A stretch of DNA of 32,000 nucleotides from Zygophlyctis sp. KS116 (lineage: Eukaryota > Fungi > Chytridiomycota): assembly GCA_054661495.1 (NCBI GenBank), contig BAAFSQ010000003.1, forward strand, positions 1 to 32,000, in the 5' to 3' direction. A program made the position numbers and the translations under genes. This document shows positions 1-8,478 of the stretch, piece by piece. The notes beneath the pieces were generated by a model that saw only the letters and a list, made by a program, of their open reading frames with translations, did not search any database and was not told where the DNA came from. Numbering within the stretch: position 1 is the first letter of the stretch; every line of letters starts with the position of its first letter.

Positions 1-230
1 GTTCCTAATTCCAACTTTCCTGACGGATGGCAGGCCAGACATATATGGTAGTCCATTAAATCCTCATCAGACTGATCGGCATAAGCATGCCGATAGAGTA
101 GAGGGTACGCATTCATCGCATCGGAACTGTTCTTTAATATATGAAAATCTTCTAATATATGATTATATTTACAATATATTGGGTAATTTTCTTGGACAAT
201 TTTATTACAATACTGCTTTACGAGACAATA
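1..230 (-). CDS. Possible partial coding exon running off the left edge; product unknown
   Basis: A minus-strand frame is open for 76 codons from 230 to the window edge (YCLVKQYCNKIVQENYPIYCKYNHILEDFHILKNSDAMNAYPLLYRHAYADQSDEDLMDYHICLACHPSGKLELG...). It is immediately preceded by TAG, a possible acceptor. No family recognised. Confidence 0.3.
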
Positions 231-586
231 CTATATTGTGTTATGCAATATAATCAATATAACAATATTCAATACTGTTTTCCCAAATTATAAATATTAT
301 TTATAATTTATGAGGCGTTGAGCTAGGTAATATCAGTTTACTTTGCTCACCAAATGAAAGAAGTAAATTGATTGGATCAGCCAATTCGTGCTCTGTAAGT
401 GTTCCATTGCAAAGAGTGAGTATCAACTTCGGAACGTCTGAATTTGGTTAGAGCTCTGGCAAAAGCTTTGACGGAGGAAGGTCAATTTCTTGTTTGAGTT
501 GTTCATCGTTGAGAGCTGAAATGTTGCGAATCCATTTGAAAATGTCTTCGGCCATTACAAGTTGTTTAAAGAATTACAAGTTGTAA

Positions 587-600
587 TCGCGCCCAATCAG
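587..600. promoter_or_regulatory. CGCG core adjacent to a CCAAT box upstream of the RNR small subunit gene
   Basis: TCGCGCCCAATCAG combines an E2F/MCB-like CGCG core with CCAATCAG, about 290 nt upstream of ATG 886. Function is inferred only. Confidence 0.3.
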
Positions 601-885
601 AAAGATTACACATTTTAAACTGTTTTCGTTCTGGCTGGAAAGCATAATACTTGAGGTATATATCTGCATTATAGATTGAATGATTTTTCAAACAAATTTA
701 GGATTTCAAAACAGGTATCATCCGGTGCTCTATCTATAGTACTTGCATGGTATACAAATGACTAGATAGAGATATCGCTGAATAAAGTCGTTTGTCTGAA
801 TTTCGATTCAATGTTCCAGATCCGATCCATTTTCGCCAGCCTATTATCCGCTCAGTGGATTTAATCTAGTTTCTAAAAATTTAAA

Positions 886-1900
886 ATGCTTTCGACGACT
901 ATGCCCGAGACTATTCTTACTCCCAATCCCAAGCGACTGGCACTTTTTCCCATTGAATACCCTCAAGTCTGGCAAATGTATAAGAAGGCCGAAGCGTCTT
1001 TCTGGACTGCCGAGGAAGTTGATTTATCAAAAGATATTTCTGACTGGGAATCTAAACTGAGCAATGACGAAAAGTTCTTTATTTCTAGAGTCCTTGCATT
1101 CTTTGCTGCTTCTGATGGTATTGTAAATGAAAATCTTGTTGAACGCTTCTCTTCTGAAGTTTATATTCCTGAAGCTCGTTGTTTTTATGAATTTCAGGTA
1201 ATGATTGAAAATATCCACTCTGAAATGTATTCTCTGTTGATTGATACGTATATTAAAGGTATTTTTTGATATAATAATGTTAGATTCAACCGAACGCACG
1301 TTTTTATTTGAAGCATTGGATACTATTCCTTGCATTAGAAAAAAGGCAGACTGGGCTCTAAAGTGGATCTCTGATAAGAAGTCCAGTTTTGCTGAACGTC
1401 TAGTCGCGTTTTCTGCTGTAGAAGGGATTTTCTTTTCAGGATCTTTTGCTGCTATTTTCTGGATTAAAAAAAGAGGATTGATGCCAGGATTAACTTTTTC
1501 TAATGAATTGATTTCTCGTGATGAAGGTCTACATACTGACTTTGCATGTTTATTATATTCATTACTGGATCATAAATTAGAAAAGAATGTTGTCTTGGAT
1601 ATAATTACTGAAGCAGTGGAAATTGAACAAGAATTTTTAACTGAGGCTCTACCTGTTGATTTGATTGGAATGAATTCAAAACTTATGAAACGTTATATTG
1701 AGTTTGTTGCAGACAGACTCTTGGTGGCTTTAGGTTTGGAAAAGCATTACAAAGTTACTAATCCTTTTGACTTTATGGATATGATTTCTTTACAAGGAAA
1801 GACTAATTTCTTTGAAAAGCGTGTTGGAGAGTATCAAAAGTCTGGAGTTATGGGAAAAGGTCCTTCTGCAAAGGAATTTACTCTTGTGGCTGATTTTTAA
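886..1900 (+). CDS. RNR2: Ribonucleoside-diphosphate reductase small subunit (class Ia R2), 329 aa, 1 intron
   Basis: Motifs [51 protein letters not shown] and [14 protein letters not shown]. The 25-nt GT-AG intron 1259..1283 joins the two ORFs as ...IDTYIK/DSTER... Confidence 0.97.
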
Positions 1901-1911
1901 TGATATTTTCG

Positions 1912-3171
1912 CTAATTTAAATACATGTCCATTGATGTATATAATATATTGCAGATTGCTTCATACCATTCATTATATTTATCACTGTAAATGTCCAAAA
2001 ATAAACCTTTCATTCTTTCAACCTGATCATTGGAGGATGAATCAATCCACAGATAATGTTCAAGATTATGATTAATCTTCGGGTATTTATAGATTATATA
2101 AAGGCAAAATTTGAAAATGAATGGTAGCCATGTTTGTCTTTCAAATCGTGCAGATTTCACATTGATACGATCCATTGCTAATTGTAAGAGACAAAGAGTT
2201 GTATCCGGAAGAATCAATAGTATTTTAAAACCATTTTTAGTCATCAAGATTAGAAAAAGTCTAGATATTAAAAGCCATAGGTCGGAATTATTCAGATATA
2301 ATTCAGTCAGAACAGTTATCTTTTTAGAAATTTTCTGAATCAAATCCATCTGTCTAGAGTCTGACAAATCCTTCCAAACCGATTCTTCAAATGAAAGCAG
2401 TTTTTGAGTTGATTCAATCGCTACAAGTCCTAAATATATTGATAGTTGAGAATCATCCTTTTCAATCCTCTCCACAACTTCAAATAAAGAATGCAGAGTT
2501 AAATTGAGTATAAACTCGTAATTCCTTTCATTATATTCATTCTTTTTAGGCATTTTAGATAAATGCAAAGCAAGATCTACCTTTGCAATCAATGCCAACA
2601 ACAAGCAGATTGACCATCTAAGATTTAATTAAAATTTTATATACTCTTGATCAGTAGCACTTAATTTTAAAGCTGCTAAATAAACATTATGAATATTTTT
2701 AAATGCAACATTTGAATATTCTGCCCATTCTAAAGTATTACTTGAGACAATTTTAACAAGATATAAACAACAGAGTCCTAATTTCCAAGGATCAGCATTT
2801 TTATAGCCATCCAAATTTAAATCAAAAGTTCCTGAATCCTTTTCTTGAATTTCATCCTTCATCATTCTTACAATAGAGTTTAACATCTTTTCATGATTCA
2901 ACAATGGGCCTTGAGGAATCATGTACGGTAGATTTGAGAGGGAGATAAGAAGAGACATTTGATAAGAGACATCTGATGCAGTCACCTGTGAGCCATGCGA
3001 AACCATTCTTACTGCGACGAGACCATTAAACAACTGACGTATTGTCGGTTTAGAATTAGCGGCGGCAGTTTCAACAACGTCATAAAGCTCCTTCTTTGCT
3101 TGTATTGATAATGGCTCTGTAAATTTTTCACAAATGTATGCCAGAGAATGTGAAAATGATAATGTGCTCAT
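1912..3171 (-). CDS. Hypothetical protein of about 410 aa, probably alpha-helical, 1 intron
   Basis: ORFs 2629..3201 and 1912..2604 are joined in frame by the 27-nt intron 2618..2644 (DQE/WSICLLAL). First ATG is at 3171. No family recognised. Confidence 0.7.
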
Positions 3172-3204
3172 CAGACTGCGCGAACAGAGGAAATTATCCA
3201 ATCA

Positions 3205-3540
3205 ATGCGACAGAGTAAATTAGATTTCAAGGCCAAAAAGGATCCATTCCCCAAATCAGATCAAAGTAAAGAACTTGATCAGCCTCCTATCTCCTGTGAA
3301 TCCAAGATTACAAAGACTGATGATAAGGAAGCTGCAATTCAGATCCTGAAAGCGTTTGATTTGGACTCAAGAGTAATCTAATTTGTTAATTCTTAGTATG
3401 GACCTTGCATTGGTCTTTCTAGATTGGAAAGATTTAATAGAGCTCTAAATCTAGGATTAAATCCCAATCAGCAGATTCTACAAATACTAGAAACTTATTC
3501 TGATCCAGATATAACAGAGTCTATTTGGAACCATTTATAA
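3205..3540 (+). CDS. POLD4: DNA polymerase delta subunit 4 (p12/Cdm1-like), 103 aa, 1 intron; not in the ORF track
   Basis: Exons 3205..3372 and 3397..3540 flank a 24-nt intron (3373..3396). The translation includes ILKAFDLDSR/YGPCIGLSRLERFNRALNLGLNP, matching the family signature LxxFDLxxxYGPCxGxxRLxRWxRAxxLGLxP. The N-terminus RQSKLDF is PIP-box-like. Confidence 0.92.
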
Positions 3541-3566
3541 AATATTCTTATCAATAAATTGTTAAA

Positions 3567-4240
3567 TCATTCCAAGAAATTTGGGTTACTTGATAGTTTT
3601 CGAAGAATAGTATTATACCAATCTTGAAAAACCTTTAAAGGAAGATAAGTAGAATTTAGATCTTTTCCTAAAATTGTGCTATTGATAGGAACAGATGTTG
3701 TAGAAAAGCCTGTACAGTAATTGTATAGATTTTCTAGAATTTTCAATGATAATGTATCTGGTTTTGAAAGATTAGGAACTGATATAGCCATATCTGTTTC
3801 ATTTAATCTTGATTCTAAAAGAGATGAGACTGCTTGTTCTACATTTGCAACAAGATCAATGCTTAGTCCTAATTGTGCAGTAATAATAGAATCTTCCATC
3901 ATATCCATTCCAATATCAATTGTAGAAACTTGCTTCTTTCCTCCAACTTTGAATATTGCAGACGGCTTATCATTACTAACAAATCCCAAGAGAGTCCAAG
4001 GTTTTCCGGGCCAATCAAAATGAATTGTTGCAGCATATCCAAACGGAAGTGGGTTGGTTAAGAATACTACAATATGATTAATGTTTTTGGCATCTGGCAG
4101 GTCAATCAAATACTAGATTTTTATAGAAAAATAAATTACTTTTGTGGGATCAACTGATGGCTTAATAAATTTAGAATATTACCTTGTCTAAAATCAGTTT
4201 GGACTGCTCGGCCGGCTACAATGACTCCAAAAAGACTCAT
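3567..4240 (-). CDS. OPI10: Hikeshi/OPI10 family protein (Hsp70 nuclear import carrier), 205 aa, 2 introns
   Basis: MSLFGVIVAGRAVQTDFRQ/VDPTK/YLIDLPDAKNINHIVVFL...WTLLGFVSNDKPSAIFK...PLKVFQDWY...NPNFL. Introns are 4154..4182 (29 nt) and 4113..4139 (27 nt), around a 14-nt microexon at 4140..4153. Confidence 0.93.
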
Positions 4241-4327
4241 TCAGTGAATTTCCAGAAGGTTTTAGGTTCAATTGGATTCGGACTAAACGACGATTTTATC
4301 AAAATAATCTGATTTTTAAAAGATTTA

Positions 4328-6580
4328 CTATTTGATGAGAAACAGATTGTATAATTCTCCATAAAATTCTTGGCATTCATTCAATGAAACTACTGCACAG
4401 TTACTAGGCAACTTTTCAGCATCATAAACACCCTCGCAACGGCCAAGGAAAAGAATAATGCAATCAGTTTCTGGAATATATCTAGCTATCGAATCATTAA
4501 TTTTTTGATGTTCTAGAGCAAGTTTAATATCTGTTATTTTCTTTGGAACTATCGGATCAGTACGAGAAAACAAATTTTGATGTCCAAGGAGCAATTTACC
4601 AGCTGTGGTTTCTACATAAACAAACCCGTCAAAGGCTGATACAGGCGCATTCTGTACACAAGTTCCAATCTTGGAATCTGTTTGAATAGTTAAAGGAAAA
4701 CTATCGTAGGTTATTGTAGTATCTATATCTTTGATGGAAGGAATTTTAAGAATGATATTGGGGGGAATATTCATTTTCGCACCTGATAAAAAAGTAGAGA
4801 GTAGTATCGTGTTGATTCCTAGTGATGCAAAGAGCGAGAGACGGAAAGCAATGTAGCTATTATTGAAATCTTGCCAAGATTCCCAGCACATTCTTGATAG
4901 AAAACGTTGAGACCAGAATTTCGAATATTCATCCCTATGTGCAGATTTAAAATAGCATATAACAAAAATATAGGGTAACTTGACTCGTATTGAATTGTCA
5001 GATTGTCTCTCTAGTTTCAAAATCCCATAATCTTCCAAGTTTTGAAATGTGAGCGAGTATTCGAATTCTGATAATTTTTGTTCCTTCTTTACGCACATTG
5101 ATAGAAAATAGAAAGCGATTACATTTCTAATTTCAGGTAACTTTGACATTGGATAGAGCTCCGACAGTAAAAAACAAACATGATCCATTAAAAAATTCCA
5201 GCAGTTTGGCGACCCACTTGGAAATTTTGATAATTGCTCGTAGAGTAGTTCCAATGCCCGACAATGGCCTCCAAGTTTTGATACAGCATTTCTTAAAGAC
5301 TGATCGGTTTGAACTTGATTCGCAAATTTATAATCTTTAGCGCTAAGAATCTTTAAGCAAGAATCAAAGGAAATAAGAGGAAGCGGAATATGTAGTGGAG
5401 GATACATAGAATTTGAATCAACTTCCTCCATTGGGCACATTACAGTCCCTGCAAGTACTGGGACAAAAAAGGAAGGGTATGAGCAGCTGACAGAGCCAAC
5501 CAATAGGAAAAGCTGCTTAAATAGATCCTTTGAAAGCATAGGGTGAACATTTACTTCATCAATACCGAGTACAATACATTGATTTTCCTTATTGATTATC
5601 TTGAAGGTCCTAAAAAGTGTAAGATTCGGCAACGATACATCTTTGTTGACATATGCATCAAGGAATGAAAAGAAAGTAGAGTATAGTTGCGTAAAATACG
5701 GATACAGAATTCGAAGGCAAATTGATACTTCGATTTCTAGTTTCAACTCTTTTGAGGTGTAAGTGGAGCCATTTCCAAAAGAGATATTGATAAACAGAGC
5801 TGATGATAGAGTATTTTTGAAATCATCAAACGCTGCATGAGTATCTTTGAGATATGATCCTACCACTACAGGCAAATCTTTATTAATATAAAAGGATTGC
5901 TTCAAATTTCTGATAAAAGATGCAAAAGAATAAGGTAGTTCTTGTAGGAATCTAGATTTTCCTGAGCCTGGGCCATCCGCTAGAAAAGGTAGTTTATGTA
6001 ACAGTTTATCTCTCAATCCGACTTTATGACAATAGAATCGTTGTTCCAAAGATGTAGCTAAGATTTCGAAGGAATATTCTCTATCTAAAAAGGGAAAATC
6101 AGCACCAACACTTGATACAAGCTTTTGAGCAATACCAGTATTGAGTTTTTTGCGTTCATCATATATTCGTGGAACTTCCAATGCTCTTTTTAATGTTTCT
6201 CGAACATCTGAAGATTGAATTGAGTCACCTGTCTGAAGAGAGATCCCCTTAAAATTATTAGTATCAGTAGATCCAACTGCAATAATAAGCGCATCCTCTT
6301 CAGTTTCTCCAAGACCATCCATTCGGCGAGAAGACTTTAGCGGCTCTTCCTTTCGTACATCAGCATGTCTCTTATGAAACGAATCCTTGTTCTTAAAGAC
6401 TTTGAGATCAGAAGGACCAATAGAAGAGAGTATATTGCAGAACTTGGCTTTGACGGCATCTCTAAACTGATCAATTAAAAATGACGAAGGAAGAGAAACT
6501 GCATCAGAACTAGTTCCCTTGTATGGAAGACCGGTCTCATTGTCATAGAGACGGAACCAGATCAGAGGATTTGAATTCAT
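4328..6580 (-). CDS. Crinkler (CRN)-type effector: ubiquitin-like header + P-loop NTPase + C-terminal restriction-endonuclease-like domain, 750 aa, intronless
   Basis: The header LIWFRL...IDQFRDAVKAK...LSSIGPSDLKVFKNK resembles fungal CRN N-termini. Walker A is DGPGSGKS and Walker B is IVLGIDE. The C-terminal AFDGFV...LLLGHQN resembles a PD-(D/E)xK fold. First ATG is at 6580; the track extension to 6634 starts at a non-ATG codon. Confidence 0.8.
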   Translation of the reverse strand: MNSNPLIWFRLYDNETGLPYKGTSSDAVSLPSSFLIDQFRDAVKAKFCNILSSIGPSDLKVFKNKDSFHKRHADVRKEEPLKSSRRMDGLGETEEDALIIAVGSTDTNNFKGISLQTGDSIQSSDVRETLKRALEVPRIYDERKKLNTGIAQKLVSSVGADFPFLDREYSFEILATSLEQRFYCHKVGLRDKLLHKLPFLADGPGSGKSRFLQELPYSFASFIRNLKQSFYINKDLPVVVGSYLKDTHAAFDDFKNTLSSALFINISFGNGSTYTSKELKLEIEVSICLRILYPYFTQLYSTFFSFLDAYVNKDVSLPNLTLFRTFKIINKENQCIVLGIDEVNVHPMLSKDLFKQLFLLVGSVSCSYPSFFVPVLAGTVMCPMEEVDSNSMYPPLHIPLPLISFDSCLKILSAKDYKFANQVQTDQSLRNAVSKLGGHCRALELLYEQLSKFPSGSPNCWNFLMDHVCFLLSELYPMSKLPEIRNVIAFYFLSMCVKKEQKLSEFEYSLTFQNLEDYGILKLERQSDNSIRVKLPYIFVICYFKSAHRDEYSKFWSQRFLSRMCWESWQDFNNSYIAFRLSLFASLGINTILLSTFLSGAKMNIPPNIILKIPSIKDIDTTITYDSFPLTIQTDSKIGTCVQNAPVSAFDGFVYVETTAGKLLLGHQNLFSRTDPIVPKKITDIKLALEHQKINDSIARYIPETDCIILFLGRCEGVYDAEKLPSNCAVVSLNECQEFYGELYNLFLIK

Positions 6581-6673
6581 TTTTTTAAGCGAAAATTCAC
6601 TGGAATTCGGACGATATTCGGACAAAATTAGCACAAGCTTTTAACAAACAGACTTGGTTTATAAATTAGGTCA

Positions 6674-7892
6674 TTAGTTGTTTGCCTGATCCAAAGTGTC
6701 TTGAGCCAACTGATTAATCATTTTCCTTTCCGTAATTCTCTTTTTTTTCCTATCCATGGAATTTTTTTCACGGATTTCCTGATCTTGAGTTGTGCAAATC
6801 AGCTTTGAAACCGGACTTAAATTACCAGATTTATCTACAGAAACTAGTGTCAACCATCCATCATTAGTGATTTCTCTAGCAGAATCAGACAGGTTTTCTT
6901 TCTCAACTGTTACATATACCTCTCTAATATTTTAATAAAAATATTGTTACACAGAGTGATCAAATGCAGCTGATACAATCCCCTTTATAAATACAATATC
7001 ACCAACCTTTGTCGGCTTCTTAAAAGTTAAAGAATCCATTGATGCCGTTAATAAGTGAGATCTACAATGTTTTGATGCAGTCATGACAGCAGTATACTCC
7101 ATCCATTTCATAATCTGCCCACCAAATGTAATTCCTAGAGAGTTTGCATGTTCAGGAAAAATGATTTGAACTATTTCAGTAAATGAGTCTGAAGCATATT
7201 TTGACCCTGTATTGTCTAAATGATTCCCTTTAACTTTTGGAGATATAGCTAAATTTCGAATATTAGGAGATAGAGATAAAAAACTAGTTTTATCCGGCCC
7301 ATGAATTTGAATAGGCTCTGATCCTTTTTTTCTAGATTCAATTCTATCTAATCTACGACTTTCCGCACTTTCATAATTTATAATTTCTTCTTGAGTTTGA
7401 GGAATGACTCTTGGCACTGGAATTGGTTTACTATCCAATACTGCAACAAATGTTAAAATAGCAAAACAACAAAATCTCGTCTCTCCACTCAACATATTCT
7501 CTGCCTGAACTAAAACCCCAATTTCCATTGATGATCTCCAAGATTTATTTAAAGCAGCAGTGATAGAACACATATCCCCAATCTTTATTGGAGAAATAAA
7601 ATGCACAGCATCCATAGAAGCCGTTACACAAGCATTCCCTGCATGCCTTTTAGCAGCAACTCCAGCAGCAATATCTCTTTGTATTAAAATCTAGAGTTAC
7701 ACCCAAGCTAGTATTTCCCCTCCAAAAGCATATCCTCTATGATCTGTTTGCTGTGGACGAATCATTTGTGTAACTGTTATTCTCGAGAATTACTATTTCT
7801 ATTTACCTTGACTCTGATGGACTCTTGTCTTTATCAATCTTTTGCTCATGCGAACCAGACAATTTCCCTGAAAACTCCATGTCCGCCCTCAT
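6674..7892 (-). CDS. Tandem hotdog-fold acyl-CoA thioesterase (ACOT11/12-like, no START domain), about 380 aa, 3 introns
   Basis: Two repeats: QTDHRGYAFGGEILAWVDIAA..AKRHA..VTASMD and HANSLGITFGGQIMKWMEYTA..ASKHC..LTASMD. Introns are 7782..7806 (25 nt, ends GAG), 7677..7700 (24 nt) and 6924..6950 (27 nt). Start is 7892 or 7880. Confidence 0.88.
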
Positions 7893-8010
7893 CTCTGGCC
7901 TCGCAACTAACACTCCTCAAACACTCATTTAGCACTCTGTCTACTCAAAGATTATAAAATTCGAAAAAAAAAGATTAGAGCAAACATGATCGCCTGGAAT
8001 TTATAAAGAC

Positions 8011-8444
8011 TTATTGCCCAGCAGTAACCTATATTCATTATTTTTAAAATCTATTACCTGTTGAACTTGTTGCTGAGAACTTCTTTGCTGTATTTCCTGA
8101 TCAATAATTGCACCTTCTCTCTCCAATTCCAATGCAAGTGGGAAAATAGTCATGAGAGAAGCTGTACTTATAATCCATAATCCTGCTCCTACAAAATGAA
8201 ATGCATCCAAGGCCCAATCTCCAACATCCTGCACTCTTTGTTGGAATTTGACTCTAGTCACTGGAGGAACAATATCAACTAGTGCAGTGATTCTTTCTAA
8301 TAAAGATTCATCATGGCTGATGAGAGGGATGGAATCTTCAGAATCTACATCTGTATAATCATCATCATCAAGAGAAATGATTTCCTTGATTTTATCCCCT
8401 TGCATGAGTTCAGACTCTGAGATTTCTTCTACTTTTGTCATCAT
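8011..8444 (-). CDS. TOM22: Mitochondrial import receptor subunit Tom22, about 134 aa, 1 probable intron
   Basis: Acidic N-terminus, ESLLERITALVDIVPP, and TM segment LWIISTASLMTIFPLAL. A probable 29-nt intron at 8029..8057 gives the C-terminus ...QQVQQ/VTAGQ*; the unspliced frame would end at 8001. Confidence 0.9.
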
Positions 8445-8478
8445 AAAAACTGATTAGCTAGGGCTAACCATTGCCAAG

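Noticed and set aside
14-100. Possible hammerhead ribozyme or snoRNA on the minus strand (CTGATGA, hairpin ATCGGCAT-AAGC-ATGCCGAT at 75..94)
   Set aside because: GAAA does not directly follow the candidate stem II and stems I/III could not be built. The region also lies within an open reading frame. An Rfam/Infernal scan would settle it.
4242-6602. Calling the CRN locus a Tc1/mariner transposon
   Set aside because: No DDE transposase, no TA target-site duplication and only a 10-bp inverted repeat. Kept as a low-interest observation, not a feature.
6581-6634. N-terminal extensions from GTG/TTG starts in the ORF track (also 3172..3201 and 22382..22414)
   Set aside because: In a eukaryotic context the first in-frame ATG is preferred; the extensions overlap promoters or neighbouring genes.
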